Of a DNA stretch of 64,000 nucleotides, positions 49,948-60,076 are shown piece after piece. Under the pieces are notes generated by a model that was not told the DNA's origin, ran no database searches, and worked only from the letters and a program-made list of their open reading frames with translations. Source of the DNA: Planctomycetota bacterium (GTDB lineage Bacteria > Planctomycetota > PLA2 > JAEUHO01); contig CBDCTJ010000001.1 of assembly GCA_965222115.1 (NCBI GenBank), positions 384,001 to 448,000 of the forward strand, read 5' to 3'. Within the stretch, counting starts at the first letter, position 1, and each line of letters starts with the position of its first letter. Both the position numbers and the translations under genes were made by a program.

Positions 49948-50519
49948 ATGAGTAGGCCCGAAGACACAAAGGCGCGCCTCGCCGCTGGCCTTGATGGGCA
50001 TCGCGAGGCGCTCAACATGGCATTCGAAGCGGTGCGCCCCGATCTTGAGCAATGGGTCGCGCTGCGCATGGGCGCCCGCCTACAGCAACGAATTGACATT
50101 GAAGATGTAGTCCAGGAGACGCTTATGGTGGATTTACACCCCACGAACAGGGTGACTTCTTCAAATGGTTGCGCCGCATTGCCGACAACCGAATTCGCGA
50201 TGCCGCCGACTGGATGAACGCACAACGGCGCAACCCCAAACGGGAGCGTCAACTTGACAGTCGCAAGCGCGCCTCGTGGACATCGGCCAGCATGGCGCTG
50301 GCAACACGAGAGTGTCATGAGCGCGTGCTGGCCATTTTGGCGTCCCTCGACCAACAAGATCGCGACTTGATTCGCATGATTCGCCGGGAAGGACTGCGCT
50401 ATGCAGAAGCGGGGGAACGACTTGGGATTTCGGAAAGGAACGCGGGCGTCCGCTTGGTGCGCGCCCTTCGAACACTGCGACACCGTTGCGCGGACACGAC
50501 TTTTGAAGTGCTCTGGTAG
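49948..50519 (+). pseudogene. ECF sigma factor (Planctomycete type) disrupted by a frameshift near 50130
   Basis: Frame 1 gives ...RIDIEDVVQETLMV; frame 3 continues GFTPHEQGDFFKWLRRIADNRIRD...EGLRYAEAGERLGISE...RLVRAL (regions 2.2 and 4.2). Confidence 0.8.
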
Positions 50520-50524
50520 CGGGT

Positions 50525-52837
50525 TCAACGCGGCGCGTGTGCGTCGGATTGAACCGTGACTGTAATCGTGTGTTCAGTGCGTCGCGATGTGACGGCCGTG
50601 ATCTCATGACGACCGGCCGGAAGTGAAAGCGTGATGTGCCCGTCATCCGTCGTTTCACCCACGTCGCGTGCGCCCACGATCAATCGCAGCGGCTGATTGA
50701 GATCGGGACCGATGACGTGTACACGAAGCTTGCAACGAGCGCCATCGGCCAGGACGACTTGGCCATCCACGGGATAGATGAACTCAGGTCGTAGGCATGG
50801 TTCATCAGGAATATGCGTACAGCCCTCCGTGTGAGGCGGGTAGACGCTAGGTACGCGACCGAGTCGTTTCCACCAGCGCAGTTGTCGCGGCGTGAGCAGC
50901 GCCACGCTCTTATGCGCGACGCGGCGATTCGCACGGCAATCGACGCAACACTCGCAACCCGTTTCGGTGTCCACCATGACACGGCGATGGACAGCGCATG
51001 ATCGCAACGCACCGCCTGATGAAGGACGTACGCTGCGAACGATGTCACCGCATGCCTCGGTAGGCGCAAGACCTGAAAGCGCGCACACCTCCACCGAGCG
51101 CGTGCCCGTGACCACATCAAGCGGCGCTGGCGTGGGATCCACCAATGCAAGCACGCTAAACAGGAGCGGCACCGCAGCACGGACGCCCACCAATGAGGCA
51201 TCGCCCGACCCCGACAATTGCCCGCGCCATACCACCACCGTATACCGCGCCGTAACGCCCACGGCCCATGCATCGCGTCGACCCGAAGACGTACCGGTTT
51301 TCCAAGCCACGTCGCGCGCGGGTACTCCGGCGGGACGGGAACGATGCACATCGGCGAGCGAGGCCAATACCAATCGCGCCGCCCCTTCACTCATGACCGA
51401 CGTGGGCGCGGCATCGGGCGCGCGAGGTCGGAGCGCAGGTTCCATATAGGAACCACCGCGGGCAAGGGCCGCGTATGCGCCGGCCAGCTCCATAGCTGTC
51501 ACATCATCCGTGCCCAGCGAAATGTCCACGCGGGCGGCATCACTTTGGTGGCGGGTGTGTTTGAATCCAAAGCGGCGAAGGCAACCAGCAAAGGCACCCC
51601 GGGGCATGGCCGACGCAACACGAACAGCGGGTAGGTTGTAGCTGGCCCACAATGCCTCATGCGCGCGCACCGGGCCATGCTCACGTTTATCGAAGTTCTT
51701 TGGTTGCCAGTCGGCGCGTGCCCATGGCAAGTCCCACAGAATCGTATCGGGCGTCATGTGTCCGCGTTCGTAGGCCAGCCCGTAGAGAAAGGGCTTGAGC
51801 GTGGACCCTGCGCTACGAGGTGCGCGGGTGGCATCCAATTCTGTCGCGGATGCATGTTTTGAACCCACCAATGCGCGAATCAACACATCTCGGTTCTCGA
51901 CGACAACGATCGATACGCCGTCCACGCCCGACGTGTCTCTTGCGAGTCGTTCTACGCCACGCTGCATGTCGCCATCGATGGTGGTACTTCCATCGGCTAC
52001 CCGTTGCCATGCATGGGCACCCAAGTCGGGAAACGCGAGCGGATCGAGTCCGAGCGGCGCACGCACGGCCTCCGCATACGCACTGTCGGACAACGCGCCC
52101 GTGTCGTGCATGGCGTGAAGCACGCGGTTGCGTCGCTGCAAGGCACCTTCAGGATCGTGCTTCGGCGAATAGCGCGTGGGCGCCGGCAAGACCGACACCA
52201 GCAAGGCCGCTTCGGCAACATCCAAGTCTTCGGCGCGCTTGCCAAACCACGCGTAGGCAACCGACGCCACGCCATGCAAGTTCCCACCAAACGGAACCCG
52301 TGCGGCGTAGGCATGCAGAATGTCCCGCTTTGTGTGATGCGCCTCAATCTGACGCGCGCGAAACACTTGCTGCACTTTGCCCATGACCGTACGCGGCGTG
52401 GCATCCACCATGCGCGCGAGTTGCATGGTGATGGTGGAAGCCCCTTCGCGACGCCCACCCAACGTAGTTGCAAACGTGGCGCGCATGAGCCCGCGCACAT
52501 CGACGCCGGCGTGATCAAAAAAGCTACGGTCTTCCTGCGCCAACAAGGCGGCATAAAACACGTGAAGGTCGGCTTGATTGGCCACGGGCAATTGCCGCCG
52601 CTCATCAGCCGTCAAACCAATGTGCATCCACTCGCCGTCTTCGGTCGTAATGACAGACGACGCATCGCCAATCAGCGATAGATCCTTTGGCAGTGGATGT
52701 ACCCAACAGAAGATGCCGTACGCAACGTGTATCGCCCAGATCACGGCAATCGTGGACAGGAACGCGCGAAGGCCAAGACGCGTTGCGGTCATCACCGGAC
52801 CGCTACACTGGGTTCGGAGCTTAGCCGCCAACCACAT
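50525..52837 (-). CDS. pbpC: Penicillin-binding protein 1C
   Basis: Transglycosylase motifs EDRSFFDHAGVD and GASTITMQL; transpeptidase motifs STLK, SYN, KTG; Cys-rich C-terminus; directly follows A2M. Confidence 0.9.
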   Translation of the reverse strand: MWLAAKLRTQCSGPVMTATRLGLRAFLSTIAVIWAIHVAYGIFCWVHPLPKDLSLIGDASSVITTEDGEWMHIGLTADERRQLPVANQADLHVFYAALLAQEDRSFFDHAGVDVRGLMRATFATTLGGRREGASTITMQLARMVDATPRTVMGKVQQVFRARQIEAHHTKRDILHAYAARVPFGGNLHGVASVAYAWFGKRAEDLDVAEAALLVSVLPAPTRYSPKHDPEGALQRRNRVLHAMHDTGALSDSAYAEAVRAPLGLDPLAFPDLGAHAWQRVADGSTTIDGDMQRGVERLARDTSGVDGVSIVVVENRDVLIRALVGSKHASATELDATRAPRSAGSTLKPFLYGLAYERGHMTPDTILWDLPWARADWQPKNFDKREHGPVRAHEALWASYNLPAVRVASAMPRGAFAGCLRRFGFKHTRHQSDAARVDISLGTDDVTAMELAGAYAALARGGSYMEPALRPRAPDAAPTSVMSEGAARLVLASLADVHRSRPAGVPARDVAWKTGTSSGRRDAWAVGVTARYTVVVWRGQLSGSGDASLVGVRAAVPLLFSVLALVDPTPAPLDVVTGTRSVEVCALSGLAPTEACGDIVRSVRPSSGGALRSCAVHRRVMVDTETGCECCVDCRANRRVAHKSVALLTPRQLRWWKRLGRVPSVYPPHTEGCTHIPDEPCLRPEFIYPVDGQVVLADGARCKLRVHVIGPDLNQPLRLIVGARDVGETTDDGHITLSLPAGRHEITAVTSRRTEHTITVTVQSDAHAPR

Positions 52838-52908
52838 GGATCGCTACCAATAGACACGTCGCCGCCAATCGATATCGAGTCGTTCGCGCGCAACGAGAGT
52901 CCTGAAGA

Positions 52909-55900
52909 TCACTCGCTGCGAACATGTACTTCCCTCCATCCAATAGAATCGCCTGTGCCGGTTGCCGCCTGCCCCGGATTGTATAACGCCTCAAGCCGAA
53001 TCCGGCCAACCTTGAATCGACCTTTTGTTACCGCGCGCACGGTGACGCGATGGTGAAACGTTCCAGAAATTGAACGTGTTCGAAACAGCAGGAGTCGATC
53101 GTCCCGAGGCTCCACCCGATCCGGTTCGAATGCTTGGCTCTTAAGCACTGGGCTTTCAAGCGTTTCTGCGTTCAAACGACCTTCGATCGCTGACACGTCG
53201 CGAACACCCTCAAACTCCAAGCCGCCGGGGAACATGACGTTTACGAGCAGATTGCCTGTGGCCGACGACACGCGACCCTCGATGCAAAGGGTGTAGAGCC
53301 GTCCTTGTTCCAGTACCACAGACTCCCCTTCAGCACCTTCCACGTGGTAGGCAATGGACCAACCTTTGGTGTCTTCAGGAGTCTCCGTTTCTTCACCTGG
53401 GCGACCATCGACTCGCAGGATCGCGTAGGCAGGTCCCTTGGCTTGAACGATGGCGTGCACGCGTTCATCTTCTTTCCAGTGAATCGAGCAGGGCGCGCCG
53501 GGTGCATAGGACTTGGAATCTCCGAGAGCATGCACCGTCCCGGTACCGGAATCATGTTCGGACTGCGCGCGGGTCCACGCCGCGACGGCACGCAGGGCCG
53601 CCGCGTTTTCCTGCGTCGTGTGTTCTTTCGCGTGTGCAGCCGACTTTCGAAGCGCCTCAATCAATGCTGGCAGCCTGGAATCACTTGGCGTGGCGCGCAG
53701 GAGCGAGAGCGCCACCGTTGCCCTCGCACGTGTCGGTGACGTCAAGCGTTCACCGGAAGCGCGCGGCATGGCATAGGTGTCTTCCATGCGCTCCGCCAGA
53801 GATGCTGCGACCTCGCGTTCACCCAACGTGCTATAGATTCCCGCAAGATGTGCCAGTTCTTCCGCCGTCTTTGCACGTCGTTTGAGCGCACCAAGAAACG
53901 AACGCACATTGTGACCCGCCGCCTGCACTGCATAGGCGTCGTAGGGTTCACCGTCACCCGCTCGCAGTCGGGCCACAAGATAGTTGACGCCGCGCGTCAA
54001 CAGATGCATTGGAACGCGGTGACCCTTCGCCTTGGCGGCGGACAAGAACTCAACGGCATAGGCACTTCCAAATGGATACGCCGCCTTCCCACCAGGCCAC
54101 ATGGCAAAGCCACCGGAACGCGTCTGCATCGTAGCCAATCGACGAATCGCCGCATCAACAACTTGATGAGATGCATGCGAACCGACTGCGTTTTCACCTC
54201 CGTCGCCATCAATGGCGGTGGCATCCACTAAGTCGCGCCATGCCAGAACAGAAAACGCTCGCGATGTCGTCTGCTCGACACATCCGTAGGGATAACGCAG
54301 CAACTCATCCAATGCCGGCAGGAGCGTGAGATAGGACTCAGACCCCACGCGCAGCGATACGCGACGCCCCTTTGTTTGCCACTTGCCCGGCAGAGAAATC
54401 TCTGTCCGACCATTCAGTTCAATGATGCGCGTGTGTGTTTGATAGGGAATCGGCGAGCGAACCGCCAGCTTGCGCGAAACGGTCCGAGAACGTCCCGTGC
54501 TTGATGCTGCCGTAATCGAAAGCCGGGCGACATCCAATGCGTTCGTCGCGCGTACGCGAAGTTCGGGGTGCGTGGTCACCACGTCGAGCCCGTTCAGCTC
54601 CAACTCATGATCACGTATGTCAGGCGAAACGCCCTCGCCCGAGACTTCCAGCGGCACAACAAACGTATCGCCGGGCACCACCGCACGAGGCACGTGCATC
54701 GCAATGGAAATCGGCGCACGCACAACGACATCGCGATGGTCCGACCCAACACCCAGCGCATCGGCAGCCACGGCCACCACGCGAACACGTCCTTCGTACG
54801 AAGGAAGCGTGAATGTCACCCGCGCTTTGCCGGGGCAATGCAACACCTCACTGGCAAGTGCCAACGTCTCAATCGTCTTTTCGGCACTCGACGCGAGGCG
54901 TGGCGCTATGTCTACGGCATCGCCACCTTGCTCGGTTTCACCCGTGCTGAACGACATTTCTTTGACGAGCCGCGTATAGGAGTCCATTGGCGTGGTCGTG
55001 AGCATTTCCTTGGCGCGGAGGTAGGCAAGTGGCTTCGGTGCCGCGTGATTCGTGAGTCGGAGGAGGCCCTCGTCAATCACGAACACGCGCACATTCGCGG
55101 GACGAGCCGTCGTTACGCGAATCGTCATTGGCGCATCGGGCTCGGGCGTACCGTCAACTGTTACACTGGTTTCAAGTGCCTCATCGGGACGATGTAGCGG
55201 CAGATAGCAAGCACCCAAATGACGCCGCGAACGCACGCCCCGTGCATCGGCCCGCGCACCACGAAGCAACGTGAGTGTTGCATACACGCCGTTGAGCTTT
55301 TCGGCGTTCTCCGGAACCGTGAGCTTCATGCGCTGTACGCCCTTCGTGAGCGCCACGGATCTCGCATCAAGGACGCCACGCCCTTCCCAGGTAAGTAGCG
55401 CGCTTCCCGCAAACGGCGCGTCCACCTCAAGTTCAACCGAATCACCCGCTTCGGCTCGATCCGAAAGCCAACGCATGGGCAAAATCACATCGGACGCCCT
55501 ATTTGTGTCGGATGTGAACGTCCCGTCGAAGAAGCTGCCCGTCACCGATGCCGGCAACATGCCGTCACACGTCGCATGTAACCGATAGCGTCCCTCGGAT
55601 GGCAACGCAACATTCACCAGCGCCTGGTCGCCGTCCCAATCGAACGACGCGCGGGTGGCCTCAGACACCGATTCTGTTGTTGCCCACACCCAACGCGACT
55701 GTTGCCGGACATAGTGACCATGACGCATGACGTGTTCGACGACGACCGTGCCAGCACAACCGAGATCGCTCGTCGCGTCGCGCGCACGGAGACTGAGGCG
55801 CAAAGACTGAGCAGACTCTCCAGCACCCACGTGCAGCCCGATGCGGGAGCGATTCTGTTCAATCGGAAACGATTTATGGGAAAACGCGGCGCGGCCAGAG

Positions 55901-58236
55901 TGATCGACGACTTCAAGTTCGAATCCGACTTGCCACGGGCGCCCCCCATCGGCAAGTGTGGGCACGCGAAACGAGAGAGCGCCTTTACCCTGCTCGTCAA
56001 GCACGAGGGATCCGAGATTGAGCGTTGTCTCAACAAGCTCTTTGTGTGATTCACCAAAAGTAAATTCTCCGTCAACGACTGGCGCCTCAGGTGTGAGCGT
56101 AGCACGCAGCGTAGCGCGGCGCTGTTTCGCTGGCGCGCCCGTAAGCGTGGTCGCCGCGGCTTGAATCGAGATGTTCTGGTCCGGATGAAGGACGTCGGCG
56201 TCGATAGAAATCGATGGGCGCAACGTATCGGGCACAACGCAGGCGCAACGAATCGACGTGGATCCAATCTTTCGTCCCTTCGCACCGAGGCCTACGCTCA
56301 CTTGATAGCTACCGGTGGGTTGATCCGCACTCAACGAAAAATCAAGTGCAACCATGCCTGCGTCGCCCGTCGAGAGACGACGCGTATCGATAATATTGCC
56401 GCGAGGTCCAACGAGCGTCGCGTGGAGCGGCAGCCCGGCAACGGCACTTGTTCCATCACTCTTGCGCACAAGTCCAACCGCGTGAACCGTTTCTCCAGGT
56501 CTCACGACGCCGCGGCTGGCATAGACCCAGGCGTGCAACCCCGTTCGCGGTGAAATCCCCTCGATGGTGGGCGCATAGTGGTGCGCGCGATGCCGTCCAA
56601 TATGTGTAAACGCCATGTCCGTGACGAGGTCCGCATGGTGCGTAGCAATCACGACCGACGGATCGCCGCGCACGTTACGAAGAAGAAGCAATCCATCCTC
56701 GTCGGTCACGCCCTCTGCACACGCTTGGTTCTTGTCACTTCGCACGTCGATCGCTGCGCCCTCGATAGGCGTGCCGTCGGCAATGCTGCGCACCCACACC
56801 ACCAACCCTTCGGGCCGCGCGCGCGCAACAACGGCGAGATCCGTGATCTGAAACGTGCGAGCCGAACGGACCCAACCTTCACGCTCCTTCGCGATCTCGA
56901 TGCGAAATATGCCACGCGGCTTGGGACCGAGGATGGATGCAAGATCAACGCGCTGACGCCAAGGCGAAACGCCCCCGCCCACCGGTTCAATTGTTGTTTC
57001 GCGCGGCGCGTCACCGAGTTCATTGGCATTGGCCCACCCAAGCGCAAGTGGAACCACATTGTTGGCATAGACCGGCGTAACGCGTACGTTCACACGCGGC
57101 GTTCGCACGCCTTCGATGGCAATGCTCGCATCGGCCTTCGCGCTCAAGATCGAACCACGGCCAACAAAACCAAGTTCGGGGCTTGGCGCGGGTACCACTA
57201 CAGTCGTGTGGATGTCTTCCCGCAATTTGTTTCCTTGCGCGGTTTTGAGCCCTGCCGTCAATGCCACCCGTACATACGTCTCGGGTTCAAAGTCGCCACG
57301 CAATATGACTTCATTCTCGTCCACGTGTACCTGCAACCCTGTGATCTCAGGTTCCGTCTTCACGTGCTCCCGAAGCAAGCTCGCGTCCACGGGGTGACTC
57401 AGATAGAGCGTTATTCTCGCGATATCCTTAGATCGTTGTGCCCACGTGTCGTTGATCGTTAGTGCGTCGCGCCATTCGAGCTGGCGTTTGGAGGTCTCAC
57501 CCAGACCTCGCGTACCCTTTTTGGGCGGCAACTCCGCCCCCACCGCCAACGTTGCGTTGCGGATGGACTTGTCAGAGAGCGTCACGACATAGCGATAGTG
57601 GCCCGCGCTGTCCAAAATTCCGTCTTCGTGTCCACCGTCACGGATTGAGAACTCAAGTTCGTCTCCCGCCTCGGATCGCACCGAAAGATGTCGCTTTAGC
57701 GCGCTCACCGCTACGCGTGCATTGAACGTCAAGGTGCACGCCGGTCGATCGTCTTTGGTGTAGTGCGCCGCGACGTCGCCTCGTATGGCAAGCCGACCCG
57801 TTGAGAACGCATATCCAGCCTTTGGGCTATCGCGCAGCACGCCACCATCCGCGCTACCGAGTGTGGGCGAAAGATGCAACCGATAGTCGCGCAGCGGTGC
57901 GATGTCTTGCGCGGGTCGAACGATGAGCACCCGCGGCGAATCCCACGTGGCCGTAAACGGTACGGACGGCTTGATCCACGCGAGTTTCTTTGTGGCCGCT
58001 TGCCCAATCGACTCGTTCGGCACCATGCGTTCTGAAAATCGCAGAACGAGCTCAGGACGGCGCGCGTCACCGGCTTCCTCGAACGAAAGCACGCGCACAC
58101 CTGGCAACGCGTGCGACTCGCCGGGCTTTGTAAACCACTGAAAACCCAGCCAGCCATTGAGCAGAAGGGAGCTAACCAACAAAACGGTCCACGCCTTCCT
58201 GGGACCAGACCGTGTTCTCGACTCGCGTGCGCGCAT
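52909..58236 (-). CDS. Bacterial alpha-2-macroglobulin (YfhM-like)
   Basis: 1775 aa; RGVVRPGETV (MG2), IDEGLL, thioester motif YPYGCVEQTTS, GGFAMW, RDDR; GGAG RBS. Confidence 0.93.
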   Translation of the reverse strand: MRARESRTRSGPRKAWTVLLVSSLLLNGWLGFQWFTKPGESHALPGVRVLSFEEAGDARRPELVLRFSERMVPNESIGQAATKKLAWIKPSVPFTATWDSPRVLIVRPAQDIAPLRDYRLHLSPTLGSADGGVLRDSPKAGYAFSTGRLAIRGDVAAHYTKDDRPACTLTFNARVAVSALKRHLSVRSEAGDELEFSIRDGGHEDGILDSAGHYRYVVTLSDKSIRNATLAVGAELPPKKGTRGLGETSKRQLEWRDALTINDTWAQRSKDIARITLYLSHPVDASLLREHVKTEPEITGLQVHVDENEVILRGDFEPETYVRVALTAGLKTAQGNKLREDIHTTVVVPAPSPELGFVGRGSILSAKADASIAIEGVRTPRVNVRVTPVYANNVVPLALGWANANELGDAPRETTIEPVGGGVSPWRQRVDLASILGPKPRGIFRIEIAKEREGWVRSARTFQITDLAVVARARPEGLVVWVRSIADGTPIEGAAIDVRSDKNQACAEGVTDEDGLLLLRNVRGDPSVVIATHHADLVTDMAFTHIGRHRAHHYAPTIEGISPRTGLHAWVYASRGVVRPGETVHAVGLVRKSDGTSAVAGLPLHATLVGPRGNIIDTRRLSTGDAGMVALDFSLSADQPTGSYQVSVGLGAKGRKIGSTSIRCACVVPDTLRPSISIDADVLHPDQNISIQAAATTLTGAPAKQRRATLRATLTPEAPVVDGEFTFGESHKELVETTLNLGSLVLDEQGKGALSFRVPTLADGGRPWQVGFELEVVDHSGRAAFSHKSFPIEQNRSRIGLHVGAGESAQSLRLSLRARDATSDLGCAGTVVVEHVMRHGHYVRQQSRWVWATTESVSEATRASFDWDGDQALVNVALPSEGRYRLHATCDGMLPASVTGSFFDGTFTSDTNRASDVILPMRWLSDRAEAGDSVELEVDAPFAGSALLTWEGRGVLDARSVALTKGVQRMKLTVPENAEKLNGVYATLTLLRGARADARGVRSRRHLGACYLPLHRPDEALETSVTVDGTPEPDAPMTIRVTTARPANVRVFVIDEGLLRLTNHAAPKPLAYLRAKEMLTTTPMDSYTRLVKEMSFSTGETEQGGDAVDIAPRLASSAEKTIETLALASEVLHCPGKARVTFTLPSYEGRVRVVAVAADALGVGSDHRDVVVRAPISIAMHVPRAVVPGDTFVVPLEVSGEGVSPDIRDHELELNGLDVVTTHPELRVRATNALDVARLSITAASSTGRSRTVSRKLAVRSPIPYQTHTRIIELNGRTEISLPGKWQTKGRRVSLRVGSESYLTLLPALDELLRYPYGCVEQTTSRAFSVLAWRDLVDATAIDGDGGENAVGSHASHQVVDAAIRRLATMQTRSGGFAMWPGGKAAYPFGSAYAVEFLSAAKAKGHRVPMHLLTRGVNYLVARLRAGDGEPYDAYAVQAAGHNVRSFLGALKRRAKTAEELAHLAGIYSTLGEREVAASLAERMEDTYAMPRASGERLTSPTRARATVALSLLRATPSDSRLPALIEALRKSAAHAKEHTTQENAAALRAVAAWTRAQSEHDSGTGTVHALGDSKSYAPGAPCSIHWKEDERVHAIVQAKGPAYAILRVDGRPGEETETPEDTKGWSIAYHVEGAEGESVVLEQGRLYTLCIEGRVSSATGNLLVNVMFPGGLEFEGVRDVSAIEGRLNAETLESPVLKSQAFEPDRVEPRDDRLLLFRTRSISGTFHHRVTVRAVTKGRFKVGRIRLEALYNPGQAATGTGDSIGWREVHVRSE

Positions 58237-58629
58237 ACACCGCTCCTCCGGTTCTCACTGGATTGCTCTCCACACATGTCCCCTTTTCGGTGCCATCACC
58301 CCGCATGGTCAGTGCGTCGTCGTCTCAGAGCAACCGCGGACCTACAACATATTGATGAGTTAAGATCTATGATCTACCAGCAAATGTTGTGCACAATGCA
58401 GGGTGAGGTAGTCACGACAATTGGTGCCAGTAAGGTGACTGCGCAAACATCACAATTGGTGCCGGGAGCGAATTCGCGGATGTGCGCTTCCGACCGTTCG
58501 CTCTGCGGGTGAAGAGCCATACCGGCGCCCCCAGCTCAATCAATCTGTTGAGCCACACATCCCATCTATCAGGTCGAGGCCAAGCCAAAGATTCAGAAGA
58601 GGGAAAGGTGCGGGTAGTCCGGACTTCGG

Positions 58630-60027
58630 CTACCTGCCGGGCGTCGTCATATGAATCAGATTCAACACCTTCTTCAACTTTTCGGGCGACAGCAACTCTT
58701 GCTCTTCCGCCAACTCACGAATCGTACGTCCCGTCTTGAATGCTTCCTTTGCCAACTTTGCGGCGTTGTCATAACCAATATGAGGCGCCAACGCCGTTCC
58801 CAACATCAAGCTCTGTTCCACGATCTCGGCTAGCCGTTCCTCGTTGACCTCAACCCCGCGAATGCAACGCAGATGGAATCCCTTGGTGGCGCCAGAAAGT
58901 ACGCGCACGGCGTCGAGTAGGACGTCGGCTAGTACGGGCAGACTCACATTGAGTTCAAAGTTTCCCGAGCCGCCTGCGATGTTGACGGTGGTGACGTAGC
59001 CCTGAACAAGTTGGCAAGCCATGATCAGGCTCTCGGCCATCACGGGGTTGACTTTGCCGGGCATGATGGAGCTGCCGGGCTGGACGGCCGGCAACGTCAA
59101 CTCGCCGAGGCCGCAGCGTGGTCCGCTTCCGAGGAAACGCACGTCGTTGGCGATCTTGGTGAGTGCTGCGGCGGTGCTTGCCAGTGCACCAGCGAAGAAG
59201 ACGACGGCTTCGCGTCCACCCTGTTGTTCAAAGTGATTGCGGGCGGGGCGCAGGCCGAGTTTGGTCTTTTTGCCGAGATGCGCGACGACTTTCTTTTCAA
59301 ACTCTGGATGGCAACCAATGCCGGTGCCCACCGCAGTACCACCAAGAGCGACTTCAAGTAGGCCGTCATAGGCAAGCGCAAGCCGCTGACAACTGTGGGC
59401 GACTTGCGCAGCGTAGCCACCGAAGACTTGGCCCATTGTTACGGGCGTGGCGTCTTGCAGATGGGTGCGCCCCACCTTGACGATTTTGTCGAAGTCCTTG
59501 GACTTCTTGTGGCACGCCGCAGCCAAGCCGCCAAGCGCCGGCAAGAGTTCATCGCGAGTGGCCATCGCAACGGATAGATGAAGTGCCGTGGGGATCACAT
59601 CGTTGCTGGACTGACCCATGTTGACGTGATCGTTGGGATGAACCGGCTCCTTGGCACCGGGCTTGCTTCCGAGCGCGACGTTGGCGACATTGCTCAGGAC
59701 CTCGTTCATGTTCATGTTGGATGACGTGCCCGAACCGGTCTGAAACACGTCAATGGGAAACTCGTCGGGGTACTCGCCGCGGATCACTTGATCGGCGGCG
59801 CGACGAATGGCCACGCCCAGTTTGGGTTTGAGGAGTCCCAGTTCTTGATTGGACTTGGAAGCCGCCCACTTGATGGCGGCCAACGCTTCAATGAAACGCG
59901 GCGGCATCCCGCGACCCGATACCTCGAAGTTCTCGATCGCACGTTGTGTTTGCGCACCCCACATGCGCTTGGACGGCACCTTGACCGCGCCCATAGAATC
60001 ATTTTCTGTGCGCATGCGGGGGGCCAT
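58630..60027 (-). CDS. fumC: Fumarate hydratase class II
   Basis: WGAQTQR, FQTGSGTSSNMN, HPNDHVN, GRTHLQDATP, GSSIMPGKVNP. Confidence 0.96.
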   Translation of the reverse strand: MAPRMRTENDSMGAVKVPSKRMWGAQTQRAIENFEVSGRGMPPRFIEALAAIKWAASKSNQELGLLKPKLGVAIRRAADQVIRGEYPDEFPIDVFQTGSGTSSNMNMNEVLSNVANVALGSKPGAKEPVHPNDHVNMGQSSNDVIPTALHLSVAMATRDELLPALGGLAAACHKKSKDFDKIVKVGRTHLQDATPVTMGQVFGGYAAQVAHSCQRLALAYDGLLEVALGGTAVGTGIGCHPEFEKKVVAHLGKKTKLGLRPARNHFEQQGGREAVVFFAGALASTAAALTKIANDVRFLGSGPRCGLGELTLPAVQPGSSIMPGKVNPVMAESLIMACQLVQGYVTTVNIAGGSGNFELNVSLPVLADVLLDAVRVLSGATKGFHLRCIRGVEVNEERLAEIVEQSLMLGTALAPHIGYDNAAKLAKEAFKTGRTIRELAEEQELLSPEKLKKVLNLIHMTTPGR

Positions 60028-60076
60028 GATGGTGCTCCTTATCGGACGTTGTTCCGTTCGTGCGAGAGTCGGGCGC

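Noticed and set aside
50100-50170. Programmed ribosomal frameshift in the ECF sigma
   Set aside because: No slippery heptamer is visible, and a simple shift would still leave region 2 several residues short.
49938-50528. 196-aa minus-strand ORF spanning the sigma gene
   Set aside because: Antisense shadow with no recognisable motifs.
55915-55930. GTTCGAATCC tRNA T-loop-like word
   Set aside because: It lies inside the A2M coding sequence and has no surrounding cloverleaf.
58560-58632. GAGGGAAAG...AGTCCGG segment reminiscent of RNase P RNA
   Set aside because: It lacks the contiguous GAGGAAAGTCC and the 3' conserved P4 strand; more likely a hairpin at the end of fumC.
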